Assembly: GCA_026016245.1 (NCBI GenBank)
Contig: CP061211.1
Span: forward strand, 134,353-158,352
Length of the DNA: 24,000 nucleotides
Source: Candidatus Pacearchaeota archaeon
Lineage (GTDB): Archaea; Nanobdellota; Nanobdellia; Pacearchaeales; UBA284
Direction: 5' to 3'
Below the pieces are notes generated by a model that saw only the letters and a list, made by a program, of their open reading frames with translations, was not told the origin of the DNA and made no database searches. Made by a program: the position numbers and the translations under genes. Below are positions 7,358 to 15,419 of this stretch, in pieces; the first letter of the stretch is position 1; each line of letters starts with the position of its first letter.

Positions 7358-8444
7358 ACTTGTTGATAAAAATTCAAGATTTGTCCTTAAAAAGATAATA
7401 ACTAATAAAGGGGAATTTTATAATAGGCAACTTGCAGTATCAAATTCTATTTATGCTTGTGAGAAAAAAAGATTAATTTATGGAAAAGCTTTATTTGATT
7501 CTATTTTTCAAACTTTTCATATAATGTGGAATAGTGATGAAGAAGAATGGGATTTTATAGGATTAAAAAAAGCAAAAGAACACTCAAAAAATAATGGAAG
7601 AATTTTTATCCCATACAAACAAAGAAATGAAAAGCAGTGGAATGAATTAACTTGGAAAGAAGCCGAAGAAGAATTTAAGAAATTTCAGAAAAAAGTAAAT
7701 ATTGTTCCTTATCCAATTCCTTTAAATGCTTCTTTAGAAGAATGGAGAATAAAGAAAAAGGAAGCATTAGGATTATTAGAACCAAATCAAAAACTAATTT
7801 CTATACTTTCATCTAAACATCATAATATTAATAATTTCCTTTTATTAGTAAAAGAAGAATTAAAAAATTCATTTTTTCTTGGAATTTGTTGTTATGGATT
7901 AAGCACAACTTTAGAGAAAATAAATTTATCTTTACTTAATTCAATAAATTCCTCTTTTAATGTAGAAGATAAAACTGCTTTAATAGGTTATTTTGATTAT
8001 GCGAGGATGTTAATGAACCATTCAAATATCGCTGGTTCTTTCGCTTATTCTTGTTTTGCTGGAGATTTCTTTTCAGAAAAATCTTATTTTATTCCGAGAA
8101 TGTCTAAAAAAGCAAGAGAAAAAATGTTTAATAAAAAACCAGAGGATTTTTATTTTTATGATATAAAAGAAAAAAAATTCAATAAATCCCTTCCACAATC
8201 AGGATGGTATGGTTTTGATTTAACAAGAAATTCTCTAAAAATGATTTCTGTAAATGAAGGTTTAACTGGCTATCAAACAATAAAATGGATTAATCATTTT
8301 TTACAGCAGAGAGATTTAAAATTAATTAATGAACTTCTTATTTCTAAAAAGAATGTTCTTAAATCATTAAAAAATTATACTGGTTGGAATGTTTTTTGGG
8401 ATACAATAAAACCAAACTCCCCTGAAATTCAAAGAACTTTATAG
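7323..8444 (+). CDS. Unknown 373-aa protein (first ATG at 7332), overlapping the wHTH gene; candidate effector
   Basis: Long ORF overlapping the upstream gene; contains FDYARMLMNHSNIAGS (R-x4-H). Confidence 0.75.
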   Translation: MFQMEIKEVKVELVDKNSRFVLKKIITNKGEFYNRQLAVSNSIYACEKKRLIYGKALFDSIFQTFHIMWNSDEEEWDFIGLKKAKEHSKNNGRIFIPYKQRNEKQWNELTWKEAEEEFKKFQKKVNIVPYPIPLNASLEEWRIKKKEALGLLEPNQKLISILSSKHHNINNFLLLVKEELKNSFFLGICCYGLSTTLEKINLSLLNSINSSFNVEDKTALIGYFDYARMLMNHSNIAGSFAYSCFAGDFFSEKSYFIPRMSKKAREKMFNKKPEDFYFYDIKEKKFNKSLPQSGWYGFDLTRNSLKMISVNEGLTGYQTIKWINHFLQQRDLKLINELLISKKNVLKSLKNYTGWNVFWDTIKPNSPEIQRTL

Positions 8445-8468
8445 TCACGTGACGCAAAGGATAAAACA

Positions 8469-8510
8469 TTAAGGGGTTGCTTGTTCTTTCCAAGCAAGTT
8501 AATCCCTTAA
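8469..8510. terminator. Imperfect hairpin after the 373-aa gene; possible terminator or processing site
   Basis: Left arm TTAAGGGGTTGCTTG pairs with right arm CAAGCAAgttaatCCCTTAA, with a bulge. Confidence 0.35.
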
Positions 8511-8618
8511 CGCCTTCTTTAAATTATTAATTCTTTCTACCTTTTAATCTTTTCTATGATTTTGGCTTTGTATATAAAGTCTGAATAAGGGCTTACTTTT
8601 TAAACAAAATTTATTTTA

Positions 8619-8963
8619 TTATTTCAAGGTTAACATTTGTGCCATTATGACAAAATTAACTTTAAAAGATAATTCTGGAAAATCTTCTTTGATTTTATTC
8701 CATATCCACATTTCTTCTTCAAAATAAGGTATAAAATTTCCTTTATCTTTCTCTTTAAATGATTCTACTTGGTCTATTCCAAAAATTTTGTGATAAGCTT
8801 CATGTATTACAATAACTTCAATTGATTCTAAAGGATTATCCCTTCCAACCCATATTTCTTCTGGTTGAAGTGAAGCCCCTTCACCATCAACAATTTTTAC
8901 AGGAAATTCAAAATTGTATTTCTCTTTAAGTTTTTTCTTAGCAGATTCTATTTCTTTTTTCAT
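8619..8963 (-). CDS. Small HExxH putative metallopeptidase (114 aa)
   Basis: VIVIHEAYHKIFGID supplies HExxH; an acidic EEEMW segment follows downstream. Confidence 0.55.
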   Translation of the reverse strand: MKKEIESAKKKLKEKYNFEFPVKIVDGEGASLQPEEIWVGRDNPLESIEVIVIHEAYHKIFGIDQVESFKEKDKGNFIPYFEEEMWIWNKIKEDFPELSFKVNFVIMAQMLTLK

Positions 8964-9024
8964 AACAAATAAAATATTCTCTCTACATATAAATTTTTTG
9001 ATTTAAATTATATAATTAAAATCC

Positions 9025-9048
9025 ACCAACCTAAGACTTTACAGAACC
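9025..9048 (-). repeat. Right terminal inverted repeat
   Basis: ACCAACCTAAGACTTTACAGAACC. Confidence 0.8.
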
Positions 9049-9058
9049 AATAAAAACA

Positions 9059-9169
9059 TGCGCCAGCTGGGATTTGAACCCAGGTAACAACCTATCTCCA
9101 AAGTTTAGGGTTGATAAGGGATATGCCCTTATTTGGGAGGGTTGTGTCTTACCACTGGACTACTGGCGC
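9059..9169 (-). tRNA. tRNA-Gly(CCC) with a 40-nt intron at 37/38 (intron 9094-9133)
   Basis: Acceptor GCGCCAG/CTGGCGC, D-arm GTCCAGTGGTAAGAC, anticodon stem CAACC/GGTTG, loop CTCCCA|A after splicing, T-arm CTGGGTTCAAATCCCAG, discriminator A. CUCC/GGAG pairing gives a bulge-helix-bulge-like exon/intron junction. Confidence 0.87.
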
Positions 9170-9225
9170 TTGCATAATTGAGAGCAAAAATGTTTATAAA
9201 TCTTGATTACTTTTAATATTGGAGG

Positions 9226-9594
9226 TTGAGGGAGAGAAGTATGAGGATAAAGACAGCATACATGCTAATACCTGTTGGAACAAAACAGAGAGATGATCCA
9301 GGAGAATATATTGAATGTCCTAGAGAGAAGAAAGTTTTTGGGGAATCAAGACTAATTACTAAGAAAGGAAGAAATAAACACACTCAAAGTACTTTAGAAT
9401 GTCAATGTTTTATTGTTTTATCTAACACTCTTGATGCAAGACTTATAATTGAATTTGAAAAAAGTGTTAATTTACAAATGTGTCGTGCTGCTGTTCATTA
9501 TGAAAGAGATAGAGATGTAGAAAGCATAGAAAAAATTTTAAAACCTATTAGTGTTTATGGGGCTGAGTATAAGAAGGCTGGGGAAGGAAAATGA
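9226..9594 (+). CDS. Hypothetical protein, 122 aa
   Basis: ORF coupled to the next gene (ATGA overlap at 9591-9594). Confidence 0.65.
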   Translation: MRERSMRIKTAYMLIPVGTKQRDDPGEYIECPREKKVFGESRLITKKGRNKHTQSTLECQCFIVLSNTLDARLIIEFEKSVNLQMCRAAVHYERDRDVESIEKILKPISVYGAEYKKAGEGK

Positions 9595-10739
9595 ATGTAT
9601 GGGATAGAATAATTGATGCTAGCAAACTACCAAATATAAGTGATTTTTCTACAGTTTATGATATGAATGAAAATGAGGAAATGGAAATAAAAGAATCAGG
9701 CAAACCAACACTTGAGCAGACTGTTGAAATATTGCATTTAGTGGCTGTGCTTGACAGTGAATCTGCTATTATTTTACCTAATGGTTTTACTTATAGGGTT
9801 GATGCTCGCACAGTAAGGAAGAATGTAAGGCCTATAATGTTAAAAAGAATTAGAACTAAAAGGGAAGCTATTGAACAAGAAATTACACCTAGCAAACTTG
9901 CCAGAGAAAAAATAGAGAAGATGCGTTTTAGGTATCAAATAAAGCCAGAAACATTAAGGGAGGATTATGCTGGTATTAATTTTGTTGGTATAACTGACAA
10001 GAAAATCAAGAATTATTTGATTTCTGACGCAATTGAAGGTTATTTACATGCAAAAAATGCTAGCAGTTTAATTGAAATCCAGAGATGGGATACACTTGAA
10101 AGTCTTTTGAAAGAAAGGAAATACCAAGAAAGATTATCTTTTCAAGAAAAACTGGCATTAAAACGTGTTACTATGAGGAAAGAAATCCTTAAGATGGGGT
10201 CTAGAAAAAAGACCCTGACAGAAGTTCCAGAAAAACCTCGCAGAATTATTTTAACAAGAGAAGCAGTAAGGGTTGCTAAGAAAGTTCCATCCACAAGTGA
10301 GAGGGGAAAATTTTACAAGGAAATAAGATTTAGAAGACTTCCTGAAGTGTTTCCAGATAATGAATATCCAGAACTTAACAAGGAATTTTATGCTGCATGG
10401 ACAGATTTTTGGATAGAGCCACCTTGTACATGTCAAGACAAGACATGGTTCATTTCTTACATAAGGCCTAATCAAGTATGGTATTGTATTCATGAAATAG
10501 CTGCTTTTAGAAAGGCTTTGAGCATGGATTGGCAAGAAGGTAGACCAGTAACTTATCCTGATCCTTATATTGCCACATCTCCTTTTTTGAGACTGTCACA
10601 AGATTACATTAATTATTATATGAAATGGAAAAAGCAAGTATTTATTAAAAAAAGAAATAGTTATCAACACCTTGCCAAAGTTTATCTTGATATATGGCCT
10701 GAAAAACAAGTTAGGCGGGGAAAAATAGAATTATTGTAA
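9591..10739 (+). CDS. Hypothetical protein, 382 aa
   Basis: Long ORF with balanced composition; C-terminal PPCTCQDKTWFISYIRPNQVWYC segment. Confidence 0.75.
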   Translation: MNVWDRIIDASKLPNISDFSTVYDMNENEEMEIKESGKPTLEQTVEILHLVAVLDSESAIILPNGFTYRVDARTVRKNVRPIMLKRIRTKREAIEQEITPSKLAREKIEKMRFRYQIKPETLREDYAGINFVGITDKKIKNYLISDAIEGYLHAKNASSLIEIQRWDTLESLLKERKYQERLSFQEKLALKRVTMRKEILKMGSRKKTLTEVPEKPRRIILTREAVRVAKKVPSTSERGKFYKEIRFRRLPEVFPDNEYPELNKEFYAAWTDFWIEPPCTCQDKTWFISYIRPNQVWYCIHEIAAFRKALSMDWQEGRPVTYPDPYIATSPFLRLSQDYINYYMKWKKQVFIKKRNSYQHLAKVYLDIWPEKQVRRGKIELL

Positions 10740-10741
10740 AA

Positions 10742-11077
10742 ATGACAAAATTTTTTAAGGTTAAGGCGGAAGAAGGATCACTTATTTATTTTTTAGACCT
10801 CTATAATTTTTTAAAAAGAAATGATTATTTTCAGGTTGCTGTTCCAGAAAATAAAGAATATCATCTTGATGCTGTTTTTTCAGCATTATGTCGTATGGGT
10901 AGTCTTCCAGATAATCCTTCTGAAATATCTTTTTTTGAGCAACATAATGAGCTTGTAGGAAAAGTCTTGACAACTTACAAGATTTTAAAAGATGGTATGG
11001 TTACTAGCGTGAGAAGCATCATAGAGATAGCAGAACTTCTAAATATAGATATGAATCATCAATTAGAGAAATTTTAG
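10742..11077 (+). CDS. Hypothetical protein, 111 aa
   Basis: Starts 2 nt after the previous stop. Confidence 0.65.
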   Translation: MTKFFKVKAEEGSLIYFLDLYNFLKRNDYFQVAVPENKEYHLDAVFSALCRMGSLPDNPSEISFFEQHNELVGKVLTTYKILKDGMVTSVRSIIEIAELLNIDMNHQLEKF

Positions 11078-11123
11078 TTTTTATTTAAGAAACTTTTTTA
11101 AGTCTCTTTCTCTTGGATTTTTT

Positions 11124-12626
11124 ATGGCAAAGAAATTTTATATAACGACAGCAATAGACTATGTGAATGATGAGCCTCATATTGGCCATGCCTATCAAAA
11201 AATCATAGCTGATGTTCTTGCAAGATGGCATAGAATTATAGATGATAAAGTTTTTTTTCTAACAGGTACTGATGAGCATGGGCAGAAGATTGCAAGAAGT
11301 GCCTCTGAAAAGGAAAAGGAGCCAAAAGAATTCTGCGATGTTATGTCTAAAAAATTTAAAGAGGCATGGAAAGCCCTAAATATAGAATATGATAAGTTTA
11401 TCAGAACAACAGACTCAGATCATGAAAAATTTGCTCAAGAATTCATTAAAAAAGTAGATAAGAAGGGAGATATCTACAAAGGAAAATATGAAGGATTATA
11501 TTGTGTTTCTTGTGAGGCTTTTTATACAGAGAAAGATCTTGTTGATGGAAAATGTCCCATTCACAAAAAACCTGTTGAAGAAGTAAGTGAGGAAACTTAT
11601 TTTTTTAAATTAAGTAAATACAAAGAAAAACTTCTTGAGCATTATAAAAAAAATCCTATTTTTATTTTGCCAGAATCAAGGAGAAATGAAATTATAAATA
11701 GGGTTAAGGAAGAACTGAAAGATTTAAGCATAACAAGAACAACCCTTAAATGGGGAATCTCTTTTCCACTTGATAAAAAACATGTTATTTATGTTTGGTT
11801 TGAAGCTCTGTTGAATTATCTTTCAGGAGTCCAGGGAAAAGATTTTTGGCCAGCTGATGTTCATGTTCTTGGAAAAGATAATGGGTGGTTTCATGCTGTA
11901 ATATGGCCAGCAATGCTACTTTCAGCTGGTTATGAGTTGCCTAAAACTGTTTTTGTTCACGGTTTCTTGACATTTAATGGAGAAAAGATAAGTAAGAGTT
12001 TGGGTAATGTTATCTCTCCTAAAGTCCTTGTTAAAAAATATGGGGCTGATAGTGTGAGATATTTCTGCTTGAGGCAGATCCCTTTTGCAGAAGGAAGAGA
12101 TGGTGATTTCAATGAGAAGGCTTTGATAGAAAGACATAACAATGAATTAGCAGATAAGTTGGGTAATCTAATTTCAAGAGTCAGTGCATTAACAGAAAAA
12201 TATGGATTAGAAAAAGAAGAAAATAAACTTCTTAAGGATTTAAAACTCCTAGAAATTGAAAAATATGTTGAAAATTTTGAATTTGATAAAGCCTTAAATG
12301 AAATTTTTTCTTTTATAGATAAGTGTAATGCATATGTGCAGAAAAAACAGCCTTGGAAGACAGGAGACAAGAAAGTTTTGTATGAGCTAGTTGATTCAAT
12401 TAAAGCTATTGCAATCTTATTATGGCCTTTTATTCCTGAAACAAGTGAGAAGATATCTAAAACCTTGGGTTTTGAGATTAAATCTTTAGGACAGATTAAA
12501 GAATCTCTTGAAGTAAAAAAAATTAAAAAGAGTGAAATTCTATTTAAAAAAATAGGTTTAGAAGATGGATTAAAGAAGGGTTTGAAAAGAGGAGAATTAA
12601 AAAAAGGCCTTAGAAATGGATTATAA
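11124..12626 (+). CDS. metG: Methionyl-tRNA synthetase, catalytic protein
   Basis: YITTAIDYVNDEPHIGHAYQKIIADVLARW (HIGH), CVSCEAFYTEKDLVDGKCPIHKKPVEEVSEETYFFKLS, VIYVWFEALLNYLSG, FNGEKISKSLGN (KMSKS-type). Confidence 0.96.
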   Translation: MAKKFYITTAIDYVNDEPHIGHAYQKIIADVLARWHRIIDDKVFFLTGTDEHGQKIARSASEKEKEPKEFCDVMSKKFKEAWKALNIEYDKFIRTTDSDHEKFAQEFIKKVDKKGDIYKGKYEGLYCVSCEAFYTEKDLVDGKCPIHKKPVEEVSEETYFFKLSKYKEKLLEHYKKNPIFILPESRRNEIINRVKEELKDLSITRTTLKWGISFPLDKKHVIYVWFEALLNYLSGVQGKDFWPADVHVLGKDNGWFHAVIWPAMLLSAGYELPKTVFVHGFLTFNGEKISKSLGNVISPKVLVKKYGADSVRYFCLRQIPFAEGRDGDFNEKALIERHNNELADKLGNLISRVSALTEKYGLEKEENKLLKDLKLLEIEKYVENFEFDKALNEIFSFIDKCNAYVQKKQPWKTGDKKVLYELVDSIKAIAILLWPFIPETSEKISKTLGFEIKSLGQIKESLEVKKIKKSEILFKKIGLEDGLKKGLKRGELKKGLRNGL

Positions 12627-12631
12627 TAAAA

Positions 12632-12967
12632 ATGACTGAAACAATACCATTCAAAGAATGGCAAAAACTTAACTTGAGAATTGGAAAAATTCTTGATGTG
12701 AAAGACCATCCAAATGCAGAAAAACTTTATTTGCTTGATGTTGACTTAGGAACTGAAAAAAGAACTCTTGTAGCTGGTCTAAAGCAATACTACAAACCAG
12801 AAGAGTTGAAAGGTAAGCAGTGCGTGATATTCACAAATTTAGAACCAGCGACTATCAGAGGAATTAAGAGCGAAGGTATGATACTGGCTGCTGTCAGTAA
12901 AGACAAGAGCAAAGTTATTTTAATTAGCCCTGAGAAAGAGGTTGATTTGGGAAGTAAGGTTGAGTAG
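12632..12967 (+). CDS. Stand-alone tRNA-binding domain protein (MetRS C-terminal/EMAPII-like OB fold)
   Basis: LRIGKILDVKDHPNAEKLYLLDVDLGTEKRTLVAGLKQYYKPEELKGKQCVIFTNLEPATIRGIKSEGMILAA, 5 nt downstream of metG. Confidence 0.9.
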   Translation: MTETIPFKEWQKLNLRIGKILDVKDHPNAEKLYLLDVDLGTEKRTLVAGLKQYYKPEELKGKQCVIFTNLEPATIRGIKSEGMILAAVSKDKSKVILISPEKEVDLGSKVE

Positions 12968-13112
12968 GTTTATAATCTGGATGCTTTTTACAATTGATAT
13001 CATAACCATCACAACTTATACAGTTTAATTTCTGCTTATTAACATCATCTTCAGTTATAGAACCATTATCTAAACCTATTCTCCATATGCATTTTTCTAT
13101 TCCATTTTTCAT
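12924..13112 (-). CDS. Possible small Cys-rich protein (62 aa)
   Basis: ...NCISCDGYDINCKKHPDYKP...: clustered Cys/His; overlaps the 3' end of the previous gene by 44 nt. Confidence 0.4.
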   Translation of the reverse strand: MKNGIEKCIWRIGLDNGSITEDDVNKQKLNCISCDGYDINCKKHPDYKPTQPYFPNQPLSQG

Positions 13113-13120
13113 TTTAGTGA

Positions 13121-13193
13121 TGGGCCTGCTCGGAATTGAACCGAGGATCTTTGCTGTGTGAGAGCAACGTCCTAACCATTAGACCACAGGCCC
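13121..13193 (-). tRNA. tRNA-Val(CAC)
   Basis: Acceptor GGGCCTG/CAGGCCC, anticodon stem TTGCT/AGCAA with loop CTCACAC, T-arm CTCGGTTCAATTCCGAG, discriminator A. Confidence 0.9.
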
Positions 13194-13231
13194 TGTTACG
13201 ATTAGATATAGAGAATTTAAAAATTATATGA

Positions 13232-13966
13232 TTATCCTTTGTAGATTATTATATTGCCTCTTCCTCTCTTGATTTTTTTAACCTTGCCTTGGTCTTCAAG
13301 GTCTGCTATCACAAGACTTGCTTTTGCTTCACTTATTCCTAATTCCTTTCTTATAGCTTTTTGCGTGACTCTTTTTTCACGCTTGAGTATTTTTAATACT
13401 GCTGTCATAACTTCATCACCTACAGGTTTTATTTTTTCTTTAACTTTTCTTTTTTTCTTTCTTTTTTTAATCTTTTTTTTGCTTTTTGATTTTCTGGATA
13501 TAAGATAGATAATAAATCCTATAATTGTGATTGCAATAATTATTCCTATAATCAACCAGATATTAACTTTTGATCTTTCTTTTAACAAATCTTCAATCAT
13601 CTTAAGTTCTGATTCATCAAATTCAAGCTCTTCTATGTCTAGAGTTTCAAACAAAATCAAATCAAGGACAAAATTACCTTCTGCTGGTAAAGTAATTGTT
13701 TCTTTATCATAAAGTAAAATACCTTGAGTTGAGTAAAAAGCTTCAATTTCATAAGTACCTTCAGGAACAGTGAAAGAATATGTACCATCATGAGCAACAA
13801 TGCTTTGTTTTGGGGTGCTATTTATTTCTACTATAGTTTTTATTGCCAACTCAAGATCAGGGCCATAGATACTGCCGTAAACAGTCGCAGCTTGAGCTTG
13901 TGTTAACAGAATTGTGAATAGAAAAATGAATGCAATTATTCCTATCATTCCCTTAGCCTTTATCAT
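13232..13966 (-). CDS. Membrane-anchored protein: signal peptide, extracytoplasmic beta domain, TM helix, basic linker, C-terminal winged helix (one-component regulator)
   Basis: GMIGIIAFIFLFTILLTQAQA signal; VYGSIYGPDL...DGTYSFTVPEGTYEIEA; VNIWLIIGIIIAITIIGFIIYLI TM; VLKILKREKRVTQKAIRKELGISEAKASLVIADLEDQGKVKKIKRGRGNIIIY wHTH. Confidence 0.8.
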   Translation of the reverse strand: MIKAKGMIGIIAFIFLFTILLTQAQAATVYGSIYGPDLELAIKTIVEINSTPKQSIVAHDGTYSFTVPEGTYEIEAFYSTQGILLYDKETITLPAEGNFVLDLILFETLDIEELEFDESELKMIEDLLKERSKVNIWLIIGIIIAITIIGFIIYLISRKSKSKKKIKKRKKKRKVKEKIKPVGDEVMTAVLKILKREKRVTQKAIRKELGISEAKASLVIADLEDQGKVKKIKRGRGNIIIYKG

Positions 13967-14108
13967 AACATTAAAAATCGATGATGCTTTAAAAACTTTA
14001 CCAAATTTTGTGGATATAAAGCTTAAAAAAGCATTTTTTAAGTTTCTTCTGAAAGTTTATTTATAAATTAAATAAATTATACAAAATTGTGAAAAAGCTG
14101 GCTAGCCA

Positions 14109-14597
14109 GTGCCGGCTTTCATAGTTAAAATGGAACAAAACATAATAACACCCCCATACGAAAAAGAATATCTAGATATAACAGATTTAGAATATCCAGA
14201 TATAACAGATTTTGGTATCCCGATGCCTTCAAAACCTTATGAATCAGTAGAGCTTAGAGTACTTGGTAGAGAAAAGAAGATATCTCTCTTAGAAACATTC
14301 GTGAATATAGAAAAAAGATTTAGTGGATTTGTTTGGTTTAGAGAGAATGAAAAAAACGGAAGAAAAGTGACTTTACAATGTGTGAATGGTTATGTGTATG
14401 ATATTAGAGAAGAAAGTAAAAGTGTAGTGGATGATTCTGAAAACGGGGCTAGAATTTATGAAGCACTTGAATACCCAATTTTTGGATATATCAAAAAAAA
14501 TAACAAGTATGAGGGAGCCCCCAAACTAAAACCAGGTCTTCATTTAGCAAGCGTGGTAAGTAAATTAAAAAAGGCATTAGAATTTGATAAACTTTAA
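14109..14597 (+). CDS. Hypothetical protein (start may be ATG at 14130)
   Basis: First ORF of a codirectional block; YLDITDLEYPDITDF. Confidence 0.6.
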   Translation: MPAFIVKMEQNIITPPYEKEYLDITDLEYPDITDFGIPMPSKPYESVELRVLGREKKISLLETFVNIEKRFSGFVWFRENEKNGRKVTLQCVNGYVYDIREESKSVVDDSENGARIYEALEYPIFGYIKKNNKYEGAPKLKPGLHLASVVSKLKKALEFDKL

Positions 14598-14617
14598 GGG
14601 ATTGGGAGAAAATTAAA

Positions 14618-15418
14618 ATGGAAATAGATGAAATAAATCAAGAAGCAATAAATTTAGATGAACTTTTAGGGAAAGGGGAGATTAAGAAAGAAGAGATAGA
14701 TAGGCAGATTCAAGAAATGGAGAAAGAACCACAAAGAATTTTTTACAAACATGAAAATTTGGATGAAATTGAAAAGAGTGTTGAATCTGAAGAAGAGGAT
14801 CCTACTTGGGGAGGACCAGTAATCCAAAAACCAAAAAAAGAACTAGAAAGAATAATGTTTTGGTTTTCTGATAAGTTAAAAGTTGAGGATCATGAATTCG
14901 AGGCTCTGAGAAGATTGTTTAGATATAAGGGGGTGGGTACATTTCTGATTTATAAACGAGAGATATGTGATAGTTTTTCAAAAATATACAAAAGAAAACC
15001 AGAAGAAAAAATCCCTATTGCTGTACTTGGTGATCAAGATATCCTTAGTGAACAAGAGATTTATAATTTTTTAAATGAAAAAGATAATGAAGCAATTTAT
15101 GTGCTCTTGAAATATGAGAATCCTAGACAATTTCTGAGAGAATTTAATAGATATTATCAAAAAACAGGTATTGAGATAAGAGTTAAGAGTATTAGAGAGG
15201 AAAGAAGATGTGAGGGTAATTTTGAGGAGGAAAATAAAAAGATAAGAGAAGAGATAGAATTAATTGGTGATAAGAGTATTATTGACCTTGATAAAACTAA
15301 AAAAAAGCCAAAAAAAGATTTTGTTGAAGAAATTCTAAATGAAAATGTTAGTGAGATTGAAGATATATTTGGAGATAAAAAAAGTAAATCAGATTCAGAT
15401 AGAGTGAATTATATTTAA
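14618..15418 (+). CDS. Hypothetical acidic/charged protein, 266 aa
   Basis: ORF in the codirectional block. Confidence 0.65.
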   Translation: MEIDEINQEAINLDELLGKGEIKKEEIDRQIQEMEKEPQRIFYKHENLDEIEKSVESEEEDPTWGGPVIQKPKKELERIMFWFSDKLKVEDHEFEALRRLFRYKGVGTFLIYKREICDSFSKIYKRKPEEKIPIAVLGDQDILSEQEIYNFLNEKDNEAIYVLLKYENPRQFLREFNRYYQKTGIEIRVKSIREERRCEGNFEEENKKIREEIELIGDKSIIDLDKTKKKPKKDFVEEILNENVSEIEDIFGDKKSKSDSDRVNYI

Positions 15419-15419
15419 A

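Larger units (their letters stand above)
3577..9048. mobile_element. Candidate 5472-bp cargo transposon bounded by terminal inverted repeats, with an IS6/IS240-like transposase
   Basis: Left end 3577-3600 GGTTCTGTAAAGTTATCGGTTGGT; right end 9025-9048 is ACCAACCTAAGACTTTACAGAACC (reverse complement GGTTCTGTAAAGTCTTAGGTTGGT), 21/24 identical including the outer 13 bp. AATAA lies directly outside both ends (3572-3576 and 9049-9053). A transposase ORF lies inside. Confidence 0.75.

Noticed and set aside
10251-10973. Minus-strand ORFs 10251-10535 and 10782-10973
   Set aside because: Antisense to tightly packed + strand genes with better composition and spacing.
11957-12709. 250-aa ORF antisense to metG
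   Set aside because: Lies entirely opposite the strongly supported metG and its neighbour; Phe/Ser/Leu-rich composition typical of reverse-complement reading.
13254-13712. + strand ORFs 13254-13508 and 13527-13712
   Set aside because: Antisense to the membrane-anchored wHTH gene; compositionally biased.
14098-14109. Perfect palindrome CTGGCTAGCCAG before the 14109 gene
   Set aside because: Single short palindrome with no partner site or positional pattern; possible regulator site but not supportable alone.
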